Assembly: GCA_005222975.1 (NCBI GenBank)
Contig: NJBI01000010.1
Location: 1 to 64,000 of the forward strand
Length of the DNA stretch: 64,000 nt
Direction of reading: 5' to 3'
From: Promethearchaeota archaeon Loki_b31
GTDB taxonomy: Archaea > Asgardarchaeota > Lokiarchaeia > Sigyniarchaeales > SOKP01
The notes under the pieces are model-generated. The model ran no database searches and had not been told where the DNA came from. It was given only the letters and a program-made list of their open reading frames with translations. Of the stretch, positions 1-9,641 are shown piece by piece (the stretch's first letter is position 1; each line of letters opens with the position of its first letter). Position numbers and translations under genes: made by a program.

Positions 1-1404
1 AAAGAAAGAAAGAAACACAAATTCTTTCTCTCCCTTAAAGATCTTGAAAGACATATGTTCGTATGTGGTACTACGGGCTCTGGGAAGAGTAATTTCTTAC
101 AATATCTCTTAACCAACTTTAAAAAACACTATGATATTCCTTTCTTACTTGTAGAATTTAAGGGGGAATACACGTTTTTACAAGATATAATTGAAGATAT
201 GGTAATAATTAGACCTGGAGAAAATTTTTCCATAAATATATTTAATCCAGAGGGGGCTAATCCAGAAATTCATGCTGAAAGAATTTTTAATATTCTAAAA
301 AGTGGACAATTTTTAGATGAGCAATCGGAATTCTCCCCTCAAATGGAAAAAGTCTTGGTAGATATTTTAACAATAGTATATAGTAATCCACAATATCAGA
401 GCTGGAAAGGTTTTTTTAATCAATGTGATCAGTATCTAGAAAATGAGAAAAGAAATATCCCTATGCTACATCAGAGTCTTGTTAGTATTCAAAATAGAAT
501 TAGAAGATTTTCATTGGGACCATTAAAAGCTATTTTTTCTACAAGGTATAAACTGAGCGTAAAAGAACTATTTGACAAGAATATTCTAATCGATCTAAGC
601 TCTATTATACGATTAGGTGGAGAAAAAGAAGATGCTCTATTTTTTCTAAATATGGTTTTAAAATATTTATGGGATAAAAATATAACACAAGGAGCGTATC
701 AATTCAAAGGCATAAAGCATCTGACAATTATCGAAGATGTACAATATTTTGCACCAAAAGATTCATCATCCCAATCCAAATTAACAACTTACTTAGAAGA
801 TATCGCACTTTTACAACGAGGTACTGGCGAATGTTTGATTTCAATTGCCACACGCCCTCAAATAAGTGGAGAAATTTTAGCAAATTGTGGCGTTTTGATT
901 GTATTTAAAAGTTATATGCAGAGGAGTCTCCTCCGTGAAATACTGAATCTTGAAGAAGAAAATGAAGATTATGTGTCAATTCTAGAAGAAGGACAATGTA
1001 TTGCCCGTGTAAACTCTGTAAAGAGACCATTTCTACTTTGGGTTCCGTATTTCAAAAGACATTGGCTAAAACGAGGGGATGTAAATAGAAAAAATAAAGA
1101 AATTCTAAAGAGATTAAAGGATAAAGATAAACCAGATATTAAACTAAATAAAGAAGAACTAAAGCAAAATACTAAAAAAGAAATAAAAAACAAAAAAAAA
1201 GGTTCAAAACCTCGTAAAAAGAAAATTTCACTAGAGAGTAAAGAATTAGAGCATAAAGTTTATTGCAAATTTTGCGGAAAAGAAGTAGAGCAAAACGTGG
1301 AAAAATGTGAGGAGTGTTCGACCAAATTAGAAAAGGAAGATAAAGAACATATGGAATTAGAAAAATTCATAGATACATTGTTGGACAAACAAACAAAGAG
1401 TTAA
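1..1404 (+). CDS. HerA/VirB4-like (DUF87) P-loop ATPase with C-terminal zinc ribbon; 5'-truncated by window
   Basis: Frame open from base 1 (KERKKHKFFLSLKDLERHMFVCGTTGSGKS); Walker A GTTGSGKS, EFKGEY, Walker B IIEDVQ, ATRP; C-terminal CKFC..CEEC. Confidence 0.8.
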   Translation, partial: KERKKHKFFLSLKDLERHMFVCGTTGSGKSNFLQYLLTNFKKHYDIPFLLVEFKGEYTFLQDIIEDMVIIRPGENFSINIFNPEGANPEIHAERIFNILKSGQFLDEQSEFSPQMEKVLVDILTIVYSNPQYQSWKGFFNQCDQYLENEKRNIPMLHQSLVSIQNRIRRFSLGPLKAIFSTRYKLSVKELFDKNILIDLSSIIRLGGEKEDALFFLNMVLKYLWDKNITQGAYQFKGIKHLTIIEDVQYFAPKDSSSQSKLTTYLEDIALLQRGTGECLISIATRPQISGEILANCGVLIVFKSYMQRSLLREILNLEEENEDYVSILEEGQCIARVNSVKRPFLLWVPYFKRHWLKRGDVNRKNKEILKRLKDKDKPDIKLNKEELKQNTKKEIKNKKKGSKPRKKKISLESKELEHKVYCKFCGKEVEQNVEKCEECSTKLEKEDKEHMELEKFIDTLLDKQTKS

Positions 1405-1426
1405 AAAGGTTTGATGAAATGCACAT

Positions 1427-1507
1427 CAATCTCATGCGGATAAATCCGGTTTACATCAAGGATTTAAAGCACGAGCTCAAAGTGCTGCTGCTAAGAATAA
1501 AAAATAA
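1427..1507 (+). pseudogene. Remnant of small SMP (seed-maturation-protein)-like peptide gene
   Basis: Manual translation QSHADKSGLHQGFKARAQSAAAKNKK* resembles the 'RIQSHAD..FKARAQSAAAKN' small-protein family; in-frame TGA just upstream and no start codon. Confidence 0.5.
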
Positions 1508-1603
1508 ATTCAAATAAATAAAATTTAAGTTTTAAGTTAATTGTTATAAAACTCGTATTAGAACTTTTTAAAGATCATAAATCACTGGCAATGAAAATTC
1601 CTC

Positions 1604-2323
1604 ATGAAAAGACATATCCAAGTCTCTTTAGTAATTCCGACATATAATCGATTAATGAAGCTATTTAGGCTTTTAAAAAGCTTAAATCGATTAACTCCAT
1701 TACCAGATGAGGTTATTATAATAGACGATCATTCTACGGACCAAACGCCAGAATTACTCAAGCGATGGAAAGATTTAGGCAATGGGATTTGCAAGAAAAT
1801 TGTGTTAAAGGACCAAAATAAGGGACCAGCACATTCCCGAAATATAGGAATTGAGTTAGCGTCAAACAAATTAGTGGCATTTATTGACGATGATGTTGTA
1901 ATTAAAAGCGACTGGGTTGAAAAAATAACAGCACCCTTATCTAATGCCCATAAAAGTCTTGTTGGTGTCGGTGGAGTCGTTAACGCGTTTAAAAAACATA
2001 TTATTAGTCAATATTATGTAATCCATAATATTCTGGAAGCACCAATACAACTGAATTATCTACCAACAGTAAATTGTTTTTTTAAGAAAGAACATCTTAT
2101 GGAAGTTGGGGGATTCGATGATAATTTTTTATTTGCGGGAGGCGAGGATACTGATCTCTGCCTTCGATTAAAAAAAAGGGGTTTTTTCTTCGATAAAGTT
2201 CAAGACGCTATAGTGTATCATGATTTCTCACCGAATTTTATTGATTTTTGTCATACATGGTTAAGATATGGAAAAGGAACACATTTAGCAATTCATAATC
2301 TAAGGAGGGATTCACTTGACTAA
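1604..2323 (+). CDS. Glycosyltransferase family 2
   Basis: SLVIPTYNR, IIIDDHSTD, NKGPAHSRN, FIDDD (DxD), GGFD..GEDTDL. Confidence 0.9.
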   Translation: MKRHIQVSLVIPTYNRLMKLFRLLKSLNRLTPLPDEVIIIDDHSTDQTPELLKRWKDLGNGICKKIVLKDQNKGPAHSRNIGIELASNKLVAFIDDDVVIKSDWVEKITAPLSNAHKSLVGVGGVVNAFKKHIISQYYVIHNILEAPIQLNYLPTVNCFFKKEHLMEVGGFDDNFLFAGGEDTDLCLRLKKRGFFFDKVQDAIVYHDFSPNFIDFCHTWLRYGKGTHLAIHNLRRDSLD

Positions 2324-2561
2324 GTCATATTTAGTCAATGAAATTCAACAGTACGAGCTCTCTGAATTATGGGAGCAAAATATCATTGCCCGAAAATTCT
2401 CCATAAGGAATATTACTAAACAAATGACCTATAATCTGCGTATGTATTTGCGGGAAAAAGAATCCTTAACGCATATAATAATTTTTTCATTTCTAGGTAT
2501 CATTCAACTGTTTTTTTACACATTAGGGGCGTTCATAGCAAGATTACGTCTTAGACGCTAA
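2316..2561 (+). CDS. Small membrane-associated hypothetical protein, possibly a separated GT2 C-terminal tail
   Basis: TTG start with AGGAGG upstream, overlaps GT2 stop; hydrophobic C-terminal segment. Confidence 0.5.
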   Translation: MTKSYLVNEIQQYELSELWEQNIIARKFSIRNITKQMTYNLRMYLREKESLTHIIIFSFLGIIQLFFYTLGAFIARLRLRR

Positions 2562-2810
2562 GATCAATAAAAGAGCATAACTATTTATAATAAAAAAAAA
2601 ATATAATTCTCTTAGAGACTTTTAAAAAATACATTTAAAATTACTTGATAATAATTTGGATTTTAAAAGTCCAAAATTTTTTCATAATATTTTCAAAATA
2701 AAGAAATCCAATAAATTAAATATTTATAAAATATAAAATGTATAAGAAAATCTGTATATGTCTTTCTTTTTATCTTTATAGAGTATTTAAGTATATCTAA
2801 AGTGAAATGA

Positions 2811-4724
2811 ATGGAATTAGCAAACTTTTTAGAAATATTAAATAAATTATGGGATTTTGCAAATAATTACACTTCTTATTTTAATAATCCAGCACTATTT
2901 CTTGAGACAATAAAAAGCATGGATAAGTCTTTCCTATTTGAACAACAAGATAATTACAAGTTATATAGTTTATATGATAAAGATAATATGCTTGCTCCTG
3001 TAAATTTTGTCAGGTATATAATATTAAATAAAATTTTGAGTGATAAGGAAATTACAATTGAGATGATTGAAGAATTAAAGGAAAACATTTTACAAAAGAA
3101 TAAAGGCTTTTTTAAAGAATACCCAAATCATCTCCTTGCTTTGGAAAACCTAGTTGTTGAAAAAATCGAAGCGGGAAGAAATAAGAAAGTGAAAGTATTC
3201 CGATCTTATAAAAATAATTTTAGGATTTTATACCAAATCCATTATAACAAATATAAAGAAAAATTCATTTCAGATCTCGAATCTATTGCTACTTTTTTAA
3301 GAAATGATGTATTAAATCTAAAAGAACGTTTAAAGTTTAAAATTGTGTCATTTAGTGGGAGTTCTTATTTAGGACTGCATTATTGTTGGATAGTTCTGTT
3401 TCCAAGTAATATTAGTTCTCATATGAACTCATATCAAATGTTTTTCAGAATAAAACCAGGAGAGAAAGGATTCCCCCCAAAATCAATTCATTATGGTTTA
3501 AGAAAAGGTTCAAATGTTATTGATGAAGAAAATTTTGGGAAATTGCAATTTCAGGAAATTGATAATTTTAATTATGATAATTTCAAGCAAGATTTACAAA
3601 ATATATCAACAAAACTATGGGAAAAGAACCAGAAAGTCAAACTTAAGAAGAGAATGATAGGAACACCCAATAAAGTATCCGATCTAGTAGAGGAAGACGA
3701 GGACATAGAGATTAAGGTCGAAGAAACCGAAGATATTGTGCCGTTAAATCAGATTCTTTATGGACCTCCCGGAACGGGAAAAACTTATAACAGTATTAAT
3801 TTAGCCGTTAAAATTGTTGATCCTGATTTCTTAGGAGAATCAAGAGAAGATCTCCTTAGAAGGTATGGAGAATTAACTGATATCAATCAAATTGGATTTA
3901 TTACCTTTCATCAATCTTATTCATATGAAGATTTTATAGAGGGTTTACGCTACGATGAGGAGAAAGGAATTCCAATCCCCACTGCAGGGGTTTTTCTACT
4001 ATTTATACAGAATGCCAAAAAAAATCCCGAAAAAAAATATGTACTAATTATTGACGAAATAAATAGAGGCAAAATGTCAAAGATTTTTGGAGAATTGATA
4101 ACCTGTATTGAAGAGGATAAAAGATTAGGTGGTGAAAATCAAGTACCTATAACATTACCTTATTCTAAAGAAAAAATTTCAGTTCCCAACAATGTATATA
4201 TCATCGGTACAATGAATTCCACAGATCGGAGTATTGCTTTATTAGATATCGCCCTTAGAAGGAGATTTCAATTTGTCAAACTATATCCCGATCATGAATT
4301 ATTAAAGAAAGAGTTAATTAATAAAGAGTTAGATTCTGGATTTGTAAACAATTTTATTTTTATTTTTAAGATATTAAATGAAAGAATTGAGGTATTACTT
4401 GATAAAGATCATACTATTGGTCATTCTTTCTTCTTAAAAATGAAAAATCCTCGAGATCTTTATAAAATATGGTATAACCAGATAATACCATTATTAGAAG
4501 AATATTTTTATAACGATTGGGAGAAATTACAGCTTTTACTTGGAAAATATAAGAAAGAAGAACAAAAGTTGGGGAAGGGATTTATAAAAACAAAGGACAT
4601 TGACAAAAAATCTCTTTTTGAGGAATTTTTTGAAGATTTTGACCTTTATGAAGTTGAAGATTATGAAGGAATGGAAGATGATTTTATAGAGATATTAGAA
4701 AATACTTTTATCAAAAAAAAATAA
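2811..4724 (+). CDS. mcrB: McrB-family AAA+ GTPase (type IV restriction)
   Basis: GPPGTGKT, TFHQSYSYEDFIEG, IIDEINRG, GTMNSTDRS, ALRRRF, IGHSFF. Confidence 0.92.
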   Translation: MELANFLEILNKLWDFANNYTSYFNNPALFLETIKSMDKSFLFEQQDNYKLYSLYDKDNMLAPVNFVRYIILNKILSDKEITIEMIEELKENILQKNKGFFKEYPNHLLALENLVVEKIEAGRNKKVKVFRSYKNNFRILYQIHYNKYKEKFISDLESIATFLRNDVLNLKERLKFKIVSFSGSSYLGLHYCWIVLFPSNISSHMNSYQMFFRIKPGEKGFPPKSIHYGLRKGSNVIDEENFGKLQFQEIDNFNYDNFKQDLQNISTKLWEKNQKVKLKKRMIGTPNKVSDLVEEDEDIEIKVEETEDIVPLNQILYGPPGTGKTYNSINLAVKIVDPDFLGESREDLLRRYGELTDINQIGFITFHQSYSYEDFIEGLRYDEEKGIPIPTAGVFLLFIQNAKKNPEKKYVLIIDEINRGKMSKIFGELITCIEEDKRLGGENQVPITLPYSKEKISVPNNVYIIGTMNSTDRSIALLDIALRRRFQFVKLYPDHELLKKELINKELDSGFVNNFIFIFKILNERIEVLLDKDHTIGHSFFLKMKNPRDLYKIWYNQIIPLLEEYFYNDWEKLQLLLGKYKKEEQKLGKGFIKTKDIDKKSLFEEFFEDFDLYEVEDYEGMEDDFIEILENTFIKKK

Positions 4725-4788
4725 AATCTGTTTTATTTCTAAATCATTTAAAAATATAAGAAATTATTTAGAATATTAGAAAATTGAA

Positions 4789-6156
4789 ATGTATGTAAAG
4801 GATAAACTAATAACAGTTTTTGAATATGAGAAAGTCCCCTATGATGATCTTGAAGATAAATTAATAGATGTAGATCTTAATAGAATTAAAAATCAGATTG
4901 AGAAGATCAATGTTAGTCTAAAAACCGAAGTTATTACCTTGCGGTGGAATTATTTACAAGCTAAAAATTATGTAGGATTTATAAAACTTAAGAAGTATTC
5001 AATCCAAATAATCCCAAAAATATATCGCATAGATGGGGATTTGGAATTAGAGATTCCTAGAAATGTTAATTTTTTACTTTTCTTATTTCAGTACCTCAAG
5101 AAATCTCTATGGAAAATTAAACAGCATGATTTAGGTACCTTAAGCAGGATGAAGGGAGATATCTTTGAATTTTTTATTTATTTCTTTGCAAACAATCTTA
5201 AGATACTTATTAACCAAGGAATCTATAAGTCTTATATGAAAATAAATGAAAATAATTGCTTTTTAAAAGGTAAATTTCTAATTGATAAACAAATAAAATA
5301 TAATTCCACGAAAAAATGGAAATTTTGTTATGAATATGAAGAGTTTACAGAAGATAATATTTTAAATCAAACATTAAAATATGTTTGCTTTTTACTAAAA
5401 AAACATTCAACAAATTCAAGGTCAGAAAGACTACTCACCGATGTTTTAGCTTTATTAAATGATGTAAAATTAAGGCAAATTCGACCCGCTGATTTTAAAT
5501 TTCTGCACTTTGATAGAATAAATTCGGCGTATAAACCATTTATAGATTTCTGTAAGATATTTATAGAACAATCTAATATTGGATTTAATTATGAGGATTT
5601 TAAAAGTTTTTATTTTTTATTTGATATGAATAAATTATTTGAGGGATTTCTATCAGAATTTATAAATCGCAATAAAGATAAGATTTTTGTTAACAAAATA
5701 CATGATTTAATTGAAATTAGAGGACAGTTAGATTATTATTCAATTGGTAAACTATTTGATAAATTTAAGCTGTATCCTGATTTACATTTGAGATATAATG
5801 AAAAAAATAAAGAGAAATATATTCTCCTCGATTTTAAATATAAAATTTTAGATCCATCTAAGAGAAATTTAAGTTTATCACGTAGTGATTTATTTCAGAT
5901 GTTCACTTATTCGCAATCCCAGGATGAAAAGTATAATAACATTATTCTATTATTTCCTGAAGCAGAATTTATGAAATCTAATATTGATAATTTTTATAGA
6001 CATTCAAAAATTAGTTGTGAAGTAAATCTATTTGTTAAGACTATTAACTTACAGAAGATCTTCTTTTTTGATGAAGCTAAAAATGTAAAATACAATATTA
6101 TCGAATGGCAGAAAAAATTAATTAGTCAACTAAACAAGATTTTAGTTTTAAATTGA
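4789..6156 (+). CDS. mcrC: McrC-family restriction nuclease subunit
   Basis: Follows mcrB; NYVG..IQIIPKI, DNILNQ, FDMNKLFE, YPDL..LLDFKYK..DLFQMFTY. Confidence 0.9.
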   Translation: MYVKDKLITVFEYEKVPYDDLEDKLIDVDLNRIKNQIEKINVSLKTEVITLRWNYLQAKNYVGFIKLKKYSIQIIPKIYRIDGDLELEIPRNVNFLLFLFQYLKKSLWKIKQHDLGTLSRMKGDIFEFFIYFFANNLKILINQGIYKSYMKINENNCFLKGKFLIDKQIKYNSTKKWKFCYEYEEFTEDNILNQTLKYVCFLLKKHSTNSRSERLLTDVLALLNDVKLRQIRPADFKFLHFDRINSAYKPFIDFCKIFIEQSNIGFNYEDFKSFYFLFDMNKLFEGFLSEFINRNKDKIFVNKIHDLIEIRGQLDYYSIGKLFDKFKLYPDLHLRYNEKNKEKYILLDFKYKILDPSKRNLSLSRSDLFQMFTYSQSQDEKYNNIILLFPEAEFMKSNIDNFYRHSKISCEVNLFVKTINLQKIFFFDEAKNVKYNIIEWQKKLISQLNKILVLN

Positions 6157-6167
6157 GCTCATATTGT

Positions 6168-6344
6168 TTAGAGAAATCTTATAATAATTTGATTAAATAA
6201 CCTACGCATAATACTTCTAATTTCGGTGAAAGAGTCATATTTCTTCCCTGTAACCTCGTCCATATAGAGTTCACGATTTATCTCAATCATTATAGATTTT
6301 ACGTGTTTTTCTCGGTGAAGGAATTTTTATGGCACATAACAACC
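6168..6344 (-). pseudogene. C-terminal remnant of N-formylglutamate amidohydrolase-like gene
   Basis: Manual translation GCYVP*KFLHREKHVKSIMIEINRELYMDEVTGKKYDSF with internal TAA; SIMIEINRxLYMDE is typical of this family. Confidence 0.55.
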
Positions 6345-6523
6345 CTTAATGTTTAAATGTTTATCTCGTTATGACTATGTATTGCTACTTAATATGCTAA
6401 TTTTAAATCTTTCTAATTTTTGCTTTTCAGCTCATTATTGTCCTAGATTTAAAATGACTTTCCAATCCAATAAACCGCTATTATTAAGAAAAAAATAGGC
6501 TCGTAATTTTATTGATATTTAAT

Positions 6524-7762
6524 TTATATTAGACTTTTAACTATTGTTTTGATTTTTTTTTTCGATTCTGAATTTTTTAATTGATCCAAAAACAATCTTA
6601 TAAAATTATCTGGAGATTCTTCTTTAAGCGTATATAATTTTCTTAATAAAGCAATATGTTGATAAAGATTATGAAAGAAAACCCTGATTCTCATTTCTCT
6701 AAAATCTGTGCCATGTTGATTTTGGTTAGTTAATTTCTTATCTGCTTCCATACATCTACTTCTTACTTCTGCTATTGAAATATCGTTACAAAAAGGACAA
6801 TTACAAGTAAAATCTTTAAATCTGTCATTATATAATCCTTCATATTTGAACGGATCAGAATAATTGGTAATATTAAGTTCATTATCAAGTAGAGGTATGT
6901 AAACTTGAGATATCCTATCCGTACAAGCTCTTCTCCACGGGGTTGCGACATCACAACTTTCAATTCCATAAAACACCAAGAAGAAAATTTTTTTCCACCC
7001 TCCCAATCCTAAACCGTGACCACGGACTTCCCAATTATGTTTTTCTTTGAAATTAGAAAAAAGTCTTAATATTTCTTTTAATTTTAATACTCCTTGATTA
7101 GCAATACCGGCTATTCCTATATAATCTATTTTATTCGAGTGATTATTATATAATTCTTGTAATTTGGATTTGAAATCGGCAGGATTAATAGCATTTATAG
7201 GAACCATTAATTCGCAATTTTCATGTTTATTTTGAATTGAAATGTCTAATAATTCATTATTCAAATTTTCTTTTGTTTCTAATGATAACTTATTCCACTC
7301 TTCCCTTCCTTTAATCGAAATTTCGTTTCTAGATGAATAACTTGGACCAATATCAAAATTAACATAAATATCTGGTCTCCCATTTTTTATAAATTCAAAA
7401 TATGCTTCAAAATAACATCTATAACTGTTAATCTCATTTACAGGAAGATTATCATTTATAATTTTATTAAAGATTCGATTACCGCCAACATCTAATAGAA
7501 TTTTTAAATTTTGAGCTAGTTTTATGTCAACTGGCGTATATTCGGCAAGGATATCTCTAAGATTTTTTCCTTTATATTTTATTTTATAATTATTAAAGTA
7601 GGGTTTGCTTTTTGGTATAGTAAAACCGAATATAAATGAAGAGAAATTAAATAAAAAGGTATAATGATTTATTTTATTACAAAAATATGATAAATTATTA
7701 AATAGATTGTCATATTCTCCACGACCTGCTGGCCAACCAATTATTGGATAAAAATTAGTCAT
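6524..7762 (-). CDS. TGT/DpdA-like guanine transglycosylase, paralog A
   Basis: TGT-barrel motifs in order: LLDVGG, NFD, GIAG, HGLGLG, ESCDVATPWRRA, Zn site CNCPFC...FFHN. Confidence 0.8.
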   Translation of the reverse strand: MTNFYPIIGWPAGRGEYDNLFNNLSYFCNKINHYTFLFNFSSFIFGFTIPKSKPYFNNYKIKYKGKNLRDILAEYTPVDIKLAQNLKILLDVGGNRIFNKIINDNLPVNEINSYRCYFEAYFEFIKNGRPDIYVNFDIGPSYSSRNEISIKGREEWNKLSLETKENLNNELLDISIQNKHENCELMVPINAINPADFKSKLQELYNNHSNKIDYIGIAGIANQGVLKLKEILRLFSNFKEKHNWEVRGHGLGLGGWKKIFFLVFYGIESCDVATPWRRACTDRISQVYIPLLDNELNITNYSDPFKYEGLYNDRFKDFTCNCPFCNDISIAEVRSRCMEADKKLTNQNQHGTDFREMRIRVFFHNLYQHIALLRKLYTLKEESPDNFIRLFLDQLKNSESKKKIKTIVKSLI

Positions 7763-7879
7763 ATTAAAATCTCTAAGTTTTATCTTAATATAATCTTAAT
7801 ATGATTTACTATTTAAAATTGTTATTAAAAGTAAGCCAAACACGCGAATATAAATAAAAGATATTTTATTGAAATAATT

Positions 7880-8758
7880 ATGGAAGAAAGCATTCATCTA
7901 TATAAAGAACTTTTAGAATTTTGTCGCCCTAGAATTTTAGAATTTTTTAAAAATGTTAATTTGCAAGAAAGACAATTCATAATTGATCGAACTAGTGAAT
8001 TATGTTATGAACACCTATATTTTAAGAATTATAATATTCAAGAAAGACAACAATTCTTTGGTCTTATTCCACATCTTAAAAAAGTATGTAGTGGTTGTTA
8101 TAAATATTATATGAATCCTAGAAATAAATCAAACAAAAAAATGGATGTGATTTTAGGTCAGCAATTTGAATATCTCTTAATTGATTTTTTTAAAGATAAA
8201 AAAGGAATTATTTCTGAAAAAGCAGATAAATCGTATAAAAATTATCCTGATAATCTTGTAAGAGATAGTAGTAATCAAATAGTATGTTATTATGAAGTAA
8301 AATTTTTAACAGCTCCATTTCTTTTAACTTATAAGGTAAGACCCGGGAGAGAATGTTACGAAGGTTCGACAACATTAGATATTGCTAAAAAAATAAAAGC
8401 GCAACGGGAAATCGTTGAGATGTTAGATGAACCAACTTATTATGTATATTGGTTAGATTACCCCTGCCTGAAAGGAATCTTTTATTGGGAAGCAACAAAA
8501 GTCTATCAATATATTGATAAGGTAAAGATTGAATGGGATAGAAAAGAAAGAACTGGAGATTTCAAAAATAATAAAAAGATTTCTGTAACCAAAAAAGTCT
8601 ATTTGCCGTTGCTCGAAATGCATCCTTTTTCATCATTGGTTTGGATCTTTAAAAATCAGGAAATTAGAGCCTCTGAAATAATAGATAAAAGGAAAAAAAC
8701 CCGTTTACAACACAAACAAAAGAAATCAGTTCAAAAGGGATTAAATAGATTTTTCTAA
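7880..8758 (+). CDS. PD-(D/E)xK nuclease, putative restriction endonuclease
   Basis: GQQFE..YPD..YYEVK catalytic pattern; lies among methyltransferases; C-terminal QKGLNRFF. Confidence 0.7.
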   Translation: MEESIHLYKELLEFCRPRILEFFKNVNLQERQFIIDRTSELCYEHLYFKNYNIQERQQFFGLIPHLKKVCSGCYKYYMNPRNKSNKKMDVILGQQFEYLLIDFFKDKKGIISEKADKSYKNYPDNLVRDSSNQIVCYYEVKFLTAPFLLTYKVRPGRECYEGSTTLDIAKKIKAQREIVEMLDEPTYYVYWLDYPCLKGIFYWEATKVYQYIDKVKIEWDRKERTGDFKNNKKISVTKKVYLPLLEMHPFSSLVWIFKNQEIRASEIIDKRKKTRLQHKQKKSVQKGLNRFF

Positions 8759-8885
8759 TTTTAGTTTTTATCTTTTTAGAAATTTTAAAGAGATTCTTGA
8801 TATCTAAATTACATCTTATTTTCAATAATTGGTTGAATAACCAAAATGTTTATTTGAAATCGCTTGAAATAAAATATTGGAAAGC

Positions 8886-9629
8886 TTATTTTAATAATGG
8901 ATAAGAATACCAAAAAATAAATCCTAATTCCATCATATCCATATTTAATGCATTACTCGTTAATTTAAAAAGCTGGATAATTTCATATTCGTTTTTTAAA
9001 TTTACTTCTAAGTCTTTTAATATTTTTTTTATTCTAAATTCAGGTTTAATTGTATTTACTCCTAATTGCATTCGTAAATATTGTATTCCAGCTATTCCAA
9101 ACCCTCTAAAATTGTACTTATTTGGGTTACTTTTAAGAAATTCTTTAATATCAAGATTAACCGCCCAATTATGAATTTCATGAATACTTTCGTCTTCTTC
9201 TAAAAAGAATTTTACAAACTCTTTAAATAATTTCCATCTATTAATATAGGAGAAAGGATGATCTGATTCTAAATATTCTCGTTTTGAGGTTGATCTCAAC
9301 AATTTATAATTATTTAGCTGCGAGAATTCATATAAACTTAATTTTGAAAACTTTTGATAGAATGGAATTAATATGTTTTTTAACATATTTTCATAATTAG
9401 CTCTTAAACTAAATATTGTGTCTACTAATATTAACGCTAAATTACCATTAAATCTTTTTAATGAAAGCCATTTGTTAGTCTCTGTTCTCGCTACTTCTTC
9501 GACTTTCTTCTTTTTACCTGTCCATTCATTGTTAAAGACAATTATATCGTATTCATAAAAGACGATTTTTTCTTCTTTTATATCCTCAACATAGTTGATA
9601 AGTTTTTTTACATCATCCAAGTTTTCCAT
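8886..9629 (-). CDS. Helix-hairpin-helix DNA glycosylase-like protein
   Basis: LVDTIFSLRANY and FRGFGIAGIQYLRMQLGVNTIKPE resemble the HhH-GPD-like 'GIG...YLRM..G...KPD' family. Confidence 0.55.
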   Translation of the reverse strand: MENLDDVKKLINYVEDIKEEKIVFYEYDIIVFNNEWTGKKKKVEEVARTETNKWLSLKRFNGNLALILVDTIFSLRANYENMLKNILIPFYQKFSKLSLYEFSQLNNYKLLRSTSKREYLESDHPFSYINRWKLFKEFVKFFLEEDESIHEIHNWAVNLDIKEFLKSNPNKYNFRGFGIAGIQYLRMQLGVNTIKPEFRIKKILKDLEVNLKNEYEIIQLFKLTSNALNMDMMELGFIFWYSYPLLK

Positions 9630-9641
9630 ACCTTTTTGATA

